Shown piece by piece: positions 10,882 through 22,660 of a stretch of 64,000 bases of DNA. Where the stretch lies: contig JBHGNT010000005.1 in assembly GCA_043228905.1 (NCBI GenBank), positions 17,856,001 through 17,920,000 on the forward strand, read 5' to 3'. The notes under the pieces were generated by a model that saw only the letters and a program-made list of their open reading frames with translations, was not told where the DNA came from and ran no database searches. Positions within the stretch are counted from its first letter, which is position 1. Every line of letters starts with the position of its first letter. Source of the stretch: Azolla caroliniana. Its lineage: Eukaryota > Plantae > Polypodiophyta. Both the position numbers and the translations under genes were made by a program.

Positions 10882-13800
10882 GTGACCACAAGGTCGAAGG
10901 GCATGGCCAAAGAATGGGAGACACAAGAGACCATCCGGAAACAAGCAACGGAATGGGTAAAGAAAGCAAACGAGCAGAATGTCACAGACTTACAACAACA
11001 AAAGGAGAACATCGCAGGGCTTGCCGGCGGCAGTCACTCCAAGAATGAGACATGGCAGGCGTTGCAAGAATGCCAGATTACGTTACCACTAGGAAGACTC
11101 CTACAACTCATGCCAAGATTCACGGAAGGACTGAAGACGGCCATGACGGCAGGAGAACCATCACCGGCACTGGTACTCTTCTCGAATCCGGAGGAGGGAC
11201 CAACAGTGGTAGACACCAGCAGTCCGGTAATCACTGCCATTGTAAAAGGGAAAGAACTCCCCGGCACAGTTATAGACGGAGGCTCTGGGGTAAATGTAAT
11301 AAGCCTCCGGACGTGTGATGACCTAGGAATCCATGAGTGGGAGCCGTGTCCGTTCTGGTTGCGGATGGCCGATACAAGCTCAGTGCGGCCGACAGGATTA
11401 ATACGGAAATTAGAAGTCACCGTCGGCGGTCATACATTTCACATCTCGGCCGTAGTGCTACAATTACAGGCACAAGGTGCATACCCGCTATTGCTGGGGC
11501 GGCCATGGTTGAAAACGGCACATATCAAACAAAATTGGCGAAAAAATATAATTACCTTCCGGCGAGGAAAAGCCAAGGTACGGGTACCAACACAGCCAAG
11601 GACGAGCACTGGCAAGGAATGTACACCGTTGTATGCGGAATGCGTCAACATGCTAGAAGGGTTAGCGGACGAAGAAGAAGCTCAATACCTGCAGGAAAAC
11701 CCGAAGATCATACCCCTCTTCGAAATTGACATTGCTGAAGCAGTAGCACCATACTTACCGCAACCGGAAGAGGCGGAAGCAGAACCGGATAAAGACGCAA
11801 TTTGGGAGTTACGGCAAGCGCAGGAAGCGTTGGAACGGGAAATGGCCGTTTCACAGCGCGTAAAAGCATCGCAACTGGAAGAGGTGAATTTAGGCACCAC
11901 GGACGAAGCAAAACCGGTGCACATCGCCAAGGAGATGAAGTCCGGAGACAAAACGGCGATGATAACACTTCTCACGGAATTTCGCAACGTATTCGCCTGG
12001 TCATACGAAGACATGCGAGGACTCGACCCTCAATTATACCAGCATCAAGTGCACTTGAGCAAGGACGCAAAACCAGTGGCACAAAGACGGTACCGGATGA
12101 ATCCCAATTATGCCGCCAAGGTCAAGGAAGAAATCGACAAACTGCTAAGAGTTGGCTTTATCCGTCCGGTAAAGAAAGCGACATGGCTGAGCCCAATCGT
12201 AGTCGTACCGAAGAAGAACGGGAAAATTCGAGTTTGCGTGGACTACCGGAAACTCAATGCGGCTACGGTAACGGATGCGTTTCCACTCCCGTTCACAGAT
12301 GGAGTGTTGGATGCCGTCGCCGGCCATGAGGTCTATAGCTTCCTAGACGGATTCAGCAGGTATAATCAGATCCGGATGCACCCCGACGACCAAGAGAAAA
12401 CGGTATTCGTCACCGAATGGGGGGTGTTTGTGGCCGTGGTGATGATGTTCGGACTCAAAACGGCACCGGCAACATTTCAACGAATCATCATGGAAATCTT
12501 TGGGGAATATATACCGGCTTTTATGCAGGTTTTCCTGGACGATTTCGCCGTCTATAGACGGGAGGAGGACCATTTTCAGCACCTCCGTCTTTGTCTAGAA
12601 AAGTGTAGAGCGTACCGGCTAAGCTTGAATCCGGCAAAGTGTGTATTTGGCGTGTCCAGTGGAACTTTATTAGGACATATCGTGAGCCAGGAAGGTATTG
12701 CAGTCGACCTGGACAAAGTGAAAGCCATATTAGAAGCACCGGCGCCGGCAACGACAAAGGCATTAAACCGGTTCTTAGGCCAGATCCGGTGGCACAGCCG
12801 GATGCTCCGATACTTGGCCGACCTGGCTACACCGTTGCATGCCGCCGTACATCGAACATCATTCCAGTGGACCGTTGCATGCCGCCATAAAGAATTTCAC
12901 GTGTTCGTGGACGCCTCCGACATCGCAATCGGAAGCATACTTATGCAGCTTACGGAGCCAAAGTGGTACCGGCCAGTGTACTATGCCAGCCGAAAGCTAT
13001 CCCAAGCAGAACGAAACTACTCTACCACGGAACGGGAAGCTCTAGGGATGATCTACAGTGTGACAAAGTTTTAGCACTATTTATTGGGAAGGAAGTTTTC
13101 CTTCCATGTAGATCATTCGGCACTCCTTTACCTGGTGTCCAAGGCGTCACTCACCGGCAAATTGGCCCGGTGGACCTTATTGTTACAGGAGTTCGAGTTT
13201 GAAATATTCCACCGACCCGGTATACAGCATGCCGTAGCGGATTACTTAAGCCGATTGGAGTTCGGAGAGACGGGTGACGAAGTACCGGATGAGTTTCCGG
13301 ATGCGGAGCTGTTTCGAGTCACTACGGAGACAGCAGTAGATGAGACAGTAGCCCAGGAAGACAAGTGGCTCACAAATATGCACCAGTTTCTGAGCACAAG
13401 ACTGCCTCCGGAAGAGCTGAACCGGGACGAACGGAAACGCCTGGTGGTGCAAAGCTGACATTTCTGCTTACTGCAAGAAACACTGTACCACAAGGGTGCG
13501 GACGACATATGGAGACGGGCGGTGCGCAGCGATGAAAAGGAACTGATACTAAGGGAATCCCACTGCGGAGTTGCCGGAGGTCACTATGCCGGAGATGCGA
13601 CGGCCAGAAAAATATGGCAAAGTGGCCTATGGTGGCCAACGACATTAAGAGATGCGGTACGGTACGCAAAAGAATGTGACCTATGCCAGAGAATGGGCCA
13701 GCCAATGGAGCAGGCTCGTATGCCACACCAGCCAGTACTACCACTTGAGCCATTCCAAAAGTGGGGGCTGGACTTTGTAGGACCATTCAAGCCATCGGCA

Positions 13801-14713
13801 ATGAGAACGGGTAATCGGTACGTTATCGTTGCTACGGATTACTGCACGAAATGGGTGGAGGCCAAAGCTTTACGAGATAACACCGCTGCGTCAACGGCAA
13901 AGTTTCTATATGAGTACATCTGGTTCCGTTACGGATGCCCCATTGAATTGATAAGTGACCAAGGGGGGCACTTTCTCGGACAAGTAGTGGAAAGCCTAAC
14001 GACCTTCTATGCCGTGGTCCACAAACGAAGCACACCTTACTATCCACAGGCGAACGGATTAGCGGAATCAACAAACAAGACGCTCCAGAATATCCTTCGG
14101 AAGATCGTCAACGAGAACCGGACGGATTGGGACACAAAGCTGCATAGCGCGCTTTGGGCATACCGGACGACATACAAAACGAGCATCCGAACAACACCGT
14201 TCCGGTTGGCGTTTGGACTCGAGGCGGTCATGCCGGTAGAATTCCAAGTACCTAGCTTACGGATCCAACTACGAGAACGGCTGAACGAGAAGGAGTTGGA
14301 GACAATAAGGTTGACAGCGTTGTGTGAGCTCGAGGAACAACGGTTGGCCAACATCCTACATTTAGAATTGGAGCAACGGCGACGGAAAGCATTCGTCGAC
14401 CGGCACAGGAAAGGTAACAAAAAAATGTTCGCAATCGGCAAACCGGTGTTAGTATTCCAAACCCGGATGGGTAAGATGCCGGGTAAACTAAGGTTTAGAT
14501 GGACCGGACCGTATTGGCTAACACGGGAGTATAATGGGTCCTACTAGTTAGGGACACTTGCTGGCGAAGTGCTAGGCAAATGGGTCAACGGATTCCGGTT
14601 AAAGGCATATAGAGGACCGATGCCTAAGAACCCATTTGAGCAAAGGACTGACGACAACCACCAAGACGGCAGAGACGGCAAGCCGGGAACCAGAGAGAAT
14701 GAGGCCGGTAACA
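10882..14713 (+). pseudogene. pol: Element E pol (protease, RT, RNase H, integrase) with stops
   Basis: IDGGSGVNVI, CVDYRKLN, FLDDF, FVDAS, integrase WGLDFVGP..YYPQANGLAE. Confidence 0.92.
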
Positions 14714-15087
14714 GTAACGGTCCCGCGGCCCATTTCACTTTCTTCTCCACGGTCTTGTATTTCGTACTTACCATTGCTTCTTCTTTGCGGATCGCATCTG
14801 GCCCCATTTTCACAATGATCTCGTACATCTCGACCGAATCCACCGGAATTACCCGGTCTCCCTGGCTTGTATCCTCCGCGAGCTCTTCAAGTCGTTGTGT
14901 GTGCTCCCATAGAACACTTCTTTGACTATTCCCACGATTTCTTCGCCTTCTTTTATTATTGATGTTGACCATAACTTATCCTCCACTTTTCGGTATTCTT
15001 TATTCATTCCTCCAGTTATGGCCGTGTACGTGGATGCCCCATCCGGACCGATTCGTACTTGTTTTGCACCGAGAGTCTTCTTCCTGG

Positions 15088-15151
15088 GTGGGGTATCAGG
15101 GCTTCTCGGACTATCACGTCCCCACTCCGCAACAGTCCGATCTAAAAATCC
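15088..15151 (-). other. Putative -1 ribosomal frameshift signal (G GAU UUU + H-type pseudoknot), family A
   Basis: Heptamer 15151-15145 directly before UAG; stem UCGGACUGUUGCG/CGUGAUAGUCCGA; loop GUGGGG can pair with downstream CCCCAC; -1 frame open. Confidence 0.75.
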
Positions 15152-17181
15152 ATCTTCGTTTGGGACAAGAGCTCCCTCTTGTTCCTTTCATGATTTGCCA
15201 GAACCGTTAGGAATTGGACGGATTTCCCTCCGTTTTGGCTCCGAATTCGTGCAAAAGCCGCACCGCTATCGAGCACCTTTGTCTCCATCCGTGAAGCCGT
15301 GATAAAGGGTTGCCCGAGGATCACGGAGTGTGAGACTTCATCTTGCACGAAGAAATTTTGGTCTATCTCCACATCCCCGATCTTCACCATCACATCCGGA
15401 CAAGCCGCAAATAGCTCTTCCGTTGCTTTAGTGGCTGCCCGGATCTTCCACCCATGATTCATGTTAATAGGCCACTTACCCTTCCGGTAGAACTCCTTGG
15501 ACATCAAGTTGATCTCCGATCCGTGATCAATCAATGCTAGCACGGGCTCTTTGATGTTACCGATTCGGACCGGAGTCTCTGTAGTTGCGCGTGCCCAGTG
15601 TGGCTTTGTGTAGTGAGAATTTGGTGTTTCATCCTCCAATTCGGTGTCATTCATTAGAACGGTATTTGCATTCACCCTTGGAGCGTTCTCCTCCGTACTT
15701 TTCCTTTTTCTCTTCACGAGATCCACAAGAAGATTGTGGAACTCCTTCTTCGCTATTTCGAGTAATTCTCGAAGCGAAAAATCTACCCGGCTATCGAGGA
15801 TTCTCTCCTCGAACACTTTTTTCAAGTTCGTTTGTTGTTCGATGTACGAGGCGAGCTTGAATGCCGGAATCATCTTTTCTTTTCCCTTACCTTTGGAGTT
15901 CCAACTTTCCGGTGTCTTCGATGGACCGGCTGCCTCATCCGTGCACCGTCGCTTCTCATCTACATACACTTCATGCAATTGGCATAAAGCCAACACACTA
16001 TTCTTATCCACGGGGCACTCCCATCCTGTAGCTTTACGGATGCCTTCCGCGGTGCTTCGGATCTCATTGGAGTCGGTTTTCTTGGGGTTTTCGAGCATAT
16101 CCGGCTAAAAAGACTCCTTTGCTCCCGACGACTCACCCACACTTATTCCTGCGGTTATCGCATAATTACCTTTTTCCGCTATTTCCTCCTCTAGAACCTT
16201 CTTCATGCCGCCTTTTCGGAAGTTCGGTCGGAGTGGCTTCCGAGAATCCATCGAATGAATCTGATTTCCCTCGTAGTAGATAAGATCCCGTCGTAACGCC
16301 TCCTTGTGCTCGTCGCAATCCCTCCGATTGTGTTCAGTGCTATCACACCATATACATCGACGGTCCATATACTTAGAGTTTGTGGGATGGTCTCCTGACT
16401 TCTTCACCATCGCGATTTTCAGATTCTCCATATCTTTTAGCAACTGCTCCACCGTGGTTGCGTCAATCCCCTTCTCGGTCGTAGTCTCTCGAGCCCGCAG
16501 TTGATGGTCCTCCAATCCGGATCTCGGTTTCGGAATCGGTTCCGAAACCCTCTTCTCTTCGTTAGCAAGCCACTGCCCCCTCTTCGTGTATCGCACGACG
16601 ATATCCTGCATGCTTTCCCACGTTTCGGTGAGGCCGCTTTCGGTGGTCGTGTCCTCCAGAAGCACTCCGAGATCTTTCCGGTCCCGGACGTCCATAGCTC
16701 GCAAAAATATGATGACTTTGTCTGGTGCAAGAATAGTTTGATCTCTCGCGGACAACCCCCTGAACTGACTTTCGAATGATGAAAACACTTCGAGGACCTT
16801 CAGCCCCTTACCTAACGTTTCCACCCAATCTTCGAATCCCCTCCGCGTTGCCTTGGAGGAGTCCTCGATGGCGAACATGGTCTTTAACGCGTCTTCAAAA
16901 GCTTCCGACGTCGGATTTTGCTGTTGTAACCCGTGGATACTCCCTTGAAGCCCATCGGTCACCACCCGGTTGAAGGATGTCACTTGCAGTCCTTCAGAAA
17001 TCCGGCACCGGAGCATCTCTGCCTTGTAGTCCTGCAAATATCGAGACACATCCTTACCGTTGAATTGTCCGTTGCGTTGCATGAGCCACTCTATTGCTGC
17101 CGAAATCTCCGACATCGCGCGTTGTTCTTGTGGCATCCGCTCAAACATCGCCATCATATTGTTAGCTTGTTGATTCTCCAT
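15142..17181 (-). pseudogene. gag: Family A gag-protease (one internal stop at 16105)
   Basis: FNGKDVSRYL, zinc knuckle CIWCDSTEHNRRDC, protease LIDHGSEINL. Confidence 0.9.
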
Positions 17182-17199
17182 CTCCTTGCCACCCGTCTT

Positions 17200-17215
17200 C
17201 ACGTCGGGTTCACCA
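17200..17215 (-). other. Primer-binding site complementary to the tRNA-Trp 3' end (also at 21917-21932, 37363-37378, 46390-46405)
   Basis: TGGTGAACCCGACGTG lies 3-4 nt from the 5' LTR and complements plant tRNA-Trp ...CACGUCGGGUUCACCA. Confidence 0.85.
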
Positions 17216-17219
17216 CTTG

Positions 17220-18039
17220 TGTTGTGCCTCTCGGCGCCGGATCGTTACGTGAGTCGGGTGGGAACCACTGGGGTTTTGGACTAGGAGAAAGGAGATCGTG
17301 AGATAGAGATTAATTATGAGTAGACAGCAAAGAGAAAGATAAGAAACTCGTGAATCACACGAGTATACTATATTAATTGGTACTTAGGTTGTTAAGAAAG
17401 AAGTAGACGCATAAATCGTGAATCCCACGAATAATTTTTATATTGATCAATACTTAATCCAAAAAAAATTAACCCTTATACATCTTTCTCTCCTCCTTAC
17501 ATAAGGACGGAAGAGGCTAAGCATAGCTTCTTGCTTTTCTAAAGTGTTCATGCTCTCTAAATTTACATGCTTTACTTTTCCCACTACGATTTCCTAAATT
17601 TAGCATTCATGCCCGCTAGATGTGCATGCGTAATTTTACTAGTGTGTATATAAATAAAGTTTTCACGCATTCTAAAAATGCATGAGTTACCTTTTAATAA
17701 AGGTAGGTGAAAATAAAGGTTTTATAGGTATTAAATCTGTATTTGAAACACTCAGAATAAGTTAGTATAATGGTAAGGTTGGAGTTTGTTTGCGTGGAGG
17801 TGTTGGGTTCAAATCTTGCCTTATGCACGTAACAAAAATTTTAATGTTTCTTTTATTTACAATTGTGTCTCTTCATCCCGTAAGAGACTCTCACCGGCCT
17901 TCTTCATCTGGCTCCTCCTTGTCGGTTTACCGATTCCTCCTTGCCGGTTCCTCTTCGTCCGTTTCTCACCAGGTATTTCATTCTCTATCCGGATGGACAA
18001 AATGCAATTTCCACGTAGTGTGTAAATTACACTACGACA
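17220..18039 (-). repeat. Family A 5' LTR (~820 bp)
   Basis: TG...CA termini; matches 4558-5345. Confidence 0.93.
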
Positions 18040-18043
18040 CCGT

Positions 18044-21000
18044 TGTCGCGTTGTTACGCGCGTGCGTGTGGAAGGGGCGGGACCATGGGGGTCTTGGACT
18101 AGGGAGAAGAGGAGAAAGGTTAAGACAACGAATGGAAGATTAGGTCATAGCTCAAGAGGAGAAGAGAATGAATATCATTATGATAGAAGAAGATGAAGAA
18201 GATGGAGTCAAGATACTCAACAAGAAGTTCGATTAAGAAAACATAAATGCTTTACAATGGTGGCCGCCATAGCCGCACCAAACGACTATAAGAAAACCCT
18301 AAAGGAAAACCCAAGAAGAAAACCCTAACCGAACCCTAACGCTCGACCTATGTGGTATACCTTGCACACTCAAAATAGGCAACCCCCACAATGGTGCCTT
18401 CTCTCTCCTTTTATAGCACAAGGAGGGAAGACCGTTTACAAAAGTGAGACTAAAATATCCCCTTTTCATTCAAAGGGAATATTTGCCTTGATTTGGGGGA
18501 GGGTGAGATTGATGGCCCCTTAACTCCCACCTCCTCACAAACAACTAGGTACCTATGTACCGCATAGTACCTCTCTCTCTCTCCCTCTCTCGCGTGGATG
18601 TGCGTACAACCACATCACCTTTATACCTTTATTACTATTACAAATACATTATGTACGCGTGCAACGTTGCACATCGCTCTTTGGCTCTCGTTGCTCGGGT
18701 TTCCGCTTGTGGACGAAAATCTTCACGACATCCGCCCCCACCTAACCGCACATCCTCCGGTATATGCCAAAACATAGGGGAGAGAACACGAGATTTTCGG
18801 CCACGACGACCGACCGAGTCCTTAGCGTCCTCGTGGGCCCGCCCGGTTTTGTCTTCCACTTCGAGCAAGACCACCCCGTCCACACGAACCACCGCCATCT
18901 TCCGGTCCACCATCCTCACCGAATGGTCTCGAACCGTCGGCGCCATCCGATCTGCCACACTCGACGATGTTCGCCGAGTCGTTGCCTCCACCCGATCCGC
19001 CACGTCCACCGTGGGTCCTTGAACCACCGACTACATCTGACCCGCCGTATCCGATGCCCGTGCTTTCCTCCCCGTTCGGTCCTCCCGAACGCCGTCGCCA
19101 ACCCGGTTGCTCTTCCTTTGTCCGCCTCGTATATCCTCCGGATGCGCTCCCGGTCACATGCTGGATTCTGCCCTTTGTGTGCTGCGCACCTCAGCGTGCC
19201 GACTCTCTCCTGCTCTGCGCTTGCCTTCCGTAGGCTCTTCCCATGCGGCGATGTTGTCCCCCGAATATGCGCCCATTGTTTGGCCCTTAGGCGGCCCCAT
19301 TCCGCATTCCTTGCCTCTCCTTTGCCCGTCGTGCTCTCTCGCCGTAGACACGACCTCCGCGTTGGTCTCCAACTCCTCGCCGCCACCCACCGCTTCTTCG
19401 TTCTCCTTTCGATCCGTGACCGCCGATGCCTCACGAGTAGGTGTGGAGGGTTCCTCCCACTCTCGGTTCACCACCGAGTCCTCGCCTCTCAAAGGCTCAA
19501 TTGGTCCACCGTTTCCGGTCACTCGTTGACGCTCTCACCGACCGTAGTGCATGCTTCGTGTTACGCCCTTCATCCGCGTAGACCCGATCTCCGCGTCGGC
19601 CCCTTCTTGGACCCGCTCGTCCATCATCTCATACCGGATACCCGCTCCGATAACTTTGTCCGCTTCGGCCTCCGACTCCTCGCCGCCACCCGCCGTCTCT
19701 CCGGTCTCACGTTGATCCGCAACCGCCGAAGTCTCTAGCTCTCGGTCCCTCTCGCTCTCGGTCTTCTAGCAAGCCGAATGGGTGTGGAGGGTCCCTCTCG
19801 CTCTCGGTCTTCTAGCAAGCCATGATCACCGTGCCCACTAGGCCTCCTTCTCGCTCTCACCGGCTCCCACCGTAACCGTACCCGGCCGGCTACGAATCGA
19901 TCAAACAATCCCTGTCTTGCCGGCTTCCTTCGGTTCGTGCCCGGTTGACCGGCCCCCGCTTCACTCTTCTTCCGCTCCGCCTCCCGGTCGGGTCGGATTA
20001 CCGACCGGCTCATCTTTCGGTCGGGTCGGTTCCCGACTCGCTCCTCGATGCCGCTCCGGACCTCTCCTTCGGTCTTTTCGCACGTGCCCACTCCGGGCCT
20101 CTCATCCTCACGGCCACCGCCCATCTCCCCGGTCTTATGTCCGCCCTCGGGCGCAACCGCCGAAGTCTCCGGCCCCGGTGTCGAGGGATCTCGCCCCCGT
20201 CCGCTACAAACCTCCTCTTCGTCATTTCGGTTGCCCGCCTTGCCGCCGCCACCGTCCGTCTCTCTAGGTCTCACACCGGCTCTCGGGCCGGTTGCCGGGG
20301 AGTCTCTAGGACCGGTGTGTGGAAGGTCGCGGCACCGCCGCTCGTCTCCTCTTCTTCATCGATTTCGCAAGCCTCGAGTATGCTCGCGAAATCCTCGTAG
20401 AACGTTTCAGGCAACTGCATCCCGAAACTTTCGCGCACTCTCGAAGTGGCGTCCATTGCTCCGTAGATATCGGCCTCATCCATGGCCGTCATCTTTTCAC
20501 AAGTCGAGAGGGTCGCTCGCTCCGCACCCTCTCCCACATCGTCGCCGTGGTTGTCCGCCTTGCCGCCGCCACCGTTCATTACCCTAGTTCTCGCGCGGGC
20601 ACTTGGGCCGGCCGCCGGGGTCTCTTGAACCGGTGCGTGTAAGGTAGCAACACCGCCGCTCATCGATGCTATGCCCGTAGCTACCTCCATTCGGACATTG
20701 TCGTCCGTGGCTACCCCGCCTCCGTATATGCAAGCATCAATTATGCTTGCCGCCTCCTCTTCCACGGTCTCCTTACCGTTGTCTCGGTTGCCCGCCTTGC
20801 CGCCGCCACCGTCCGTCACTCTACGTCTCACACCGGCTCTCGGGCCGGTTGCCGGAGTCTCTAGGCCCGATGTGCATAAGGTCGCGGTACCGCCGCTTGT
20901 CTCCTCCTCCCTCGATGTTTCGGGCCGCCATGTCCCGGATCCGTAGTTATCGGCTTCCATGGCCGTCCATTCGCCGCAAGACGAGAGAGTCGCTCTTTCC

Positions 21001-22623
21001 GCACCCTCTCCCACATCGTCGCCGTCGTTGTCGCCCGCCTTGCTGCCTTGCCGCCCATCACTCTAGGTCTCACACCGGCTCTCGGGCCGGTTGCCGGAGT
21101 CTCTAGGCCCTGTGTGCGTAAGGTCACGGCACCACCGCCCGTCTTCTCCCCGCTCGATGTTTCGGGCCTCCATGCTTGAACTCCCTCATGTCCGCTCGAA
21201 TCGGCGATCGCCGCCTCACCGTCCCCGACCTCGTCCTCGGTCGATCTTTCTCCGCATGTCGAGAGGGTGGATCGCTCCGCACCCTCTCCCGTGGTACCGA
21301 TGTACCATTCTCTTTCGGCCTCCTCAACCTCCGATCGCCTCCGGCCCGACTCCATAATAAGCCCTTCTTCGGCTTTGATTTTCCCCTTTACAAGCTCGCA
21401 TACCTCCCGTATTAGCGCTTCTAGGTCGAGCTCCTCCGAACCGTTTTGCGTTGAGCTCTCTTCCGGCGGTAGTGCGTAGTCGGTCGCCGCTCTCTCTTCT
21501 CCACCGCTCGCGGGCCGTGTTGTGGCTGACCGCCTCTCATCGCATTGTATGCACGCCCATTCCACCTCGTTCCAATCTTCGGTGAGGCCGTACGCCCCTT
21601 CATCGTCTTCGAGGTAGGGAAAAATGGCCATTCTCCCCCTTTCGTTGACCGACTTCAAGAATAGTGGGACCTTGTCCGCCCCCACCGATTCTTGATCCCA
21701 GACCGAAAGTTGGGAAAACCGGAGATCAAACTCCCAGAATGCCTTCATTGCGCTTCGAGGAGCCATTGCCGACGACACCCATAGATCGAACTCACGTCGA
21801 TCGTACTTGTACGCCTCTTCTCGTCTTTCTCTCCTTCTTGCGAAATCCCTTGCCATTCTCGTAATTACTTCCGCGATGTCTTCGGCTTCCATCTCCTTCC
21901 TCCCTTGCCTCCTCTTCACGTCGGGTTCACCAAATATGTCGCGTTGTTATGCGCGTGCGTGTGGAAGGGGCGGGACCACGGGGGTCTTGGACTAGGGAGA
22001 AGAGGAGAAAGGTTAAGACAACGAATGGAAGATTAGGTCATAGCTCAAGAGGAGAAGAGAACGAATATCATTATGATAGAAGAAGATGAAGAAGATGGAG
22101 TCAAGATACTCAACAAGAAGTTCGATTAAGAAAACATAAACGCTTTACAATGGTGGCCGCCATGGCCGCACCAAATGACTATAAGAAAACCCTAAAGGAA
22201 AACCCAAGAAGAAAACCCTAACCGAACCCTAACGCTCGACCTATGTGGTATACCTTGCACACTCAAAATAGGCAACCCCCACAATGGTGCCTTCTCTCTC
22301 CTTTTATAGCTAAAGGAGGGAAGACCGTTTACAAAAGTGAGACTAAAATATCCCCTTTTCATTCAAAGGGAATATTTGCCTTCATTTGGGGGAGGGTGAG
22401 ATTGATGGCCCCTTAATTCCCACCTACTCACAAACAACTAGGTACCTATGTACCGCATAGTACCTCTCTCTCTCTCCCTCTCTCGCGTGGATGTGCGTAC
22501 AACCACATCACCTTTATACCTTTATTACTATTACAAATACATTATGTACGCGTGCAATGTTGCACATCGCTCTTTGGCTCTCGTTGCTCGGGTTTCCGCT
22601 TGTGGACGAAAATCTTCACGGCA
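18044..22623 (-). mobile_element. Non-autonomous LTR element B (partial Gag fused to a repetitive ORF, no pol)
   Basis: 687-bp LTRs 18044-18730 and 21937-22623 (about a dozen differences by eye), TSD CCGT, Trp PBS, PPT GGTGGGGGCGGA. Confidence 0.93.
18760..21892 (-). pseudogene. Element B ORF: Gag segment followed by repeated G/E/T-rich modules, frameshifted (3' limit approximate)
   Basis: EFDLRFSQLS..DKVPLFLKSVNER..GLTEDW aligns with Gag of A and D; module ETPATGPRAG..DGGGGKAGNR repeated about 4 times. Confidence 0.7.
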
Positions 22624-22657
22624 CCGTTTCCTCCTATGGCCCAGAATCTTCACGACA
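22624..22657 (-). mobile_element. Terminal remnant of an older C-like LTR into which A and B inserted
   Basis: CCGTTTCCTCCTATGGCCCAGAATCTTCACGACA versus C LTR end CGGTTTTCCCCCTATGGACGAAAATCTTCACGACA; followed by CCGT. Confidence 0.7.
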
Positions 22658-22660
22658 CCG

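Larger units (their letters stand above)
8511..14713 (+). mobile_element. Ty3/Gypsy element E with 5' LTR only, inserted in family A pol
   Basis: TSD GTAAC at 8506-8510 and 14714-14718 restores host peptide AAGPLPADSEQ; PBS-like TGGCGACCAC at ~8952; gag and pol present. Confidence 0.9.
4558..18039 (-). mobile_element. Ty3/Gypsy family A (tRNA-Trp primed, non-chromovirus), interrupted by element E
   Basis: Paired LTRs, PBS TGGTGAACCCGACGTG, gag-protease, RT (LPQGTTNSVAH, FLDYIPMKG), RNase H, integrase, PPT GAGGGGGTGAG; right flank CCGT. Confidence 0.95.

Noticed and set aside
18293-18340. AAACCCTAA telomere-like motifs (also ~33570-33630 and ~23210-23250)
   Set aside because: Isolated telo-box-like motifs, not a tandem telomeric tract
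19744-19822. 32-bp direct duplication in element B
   Set aside because: Local repair scar at a deletion relative to C, not a separate element
18555-21995. Many plus-strand ORFs within element B (similarly in C and D)
   Set aside because: Antisense shadows of GC-rich minus-strand coding sequence
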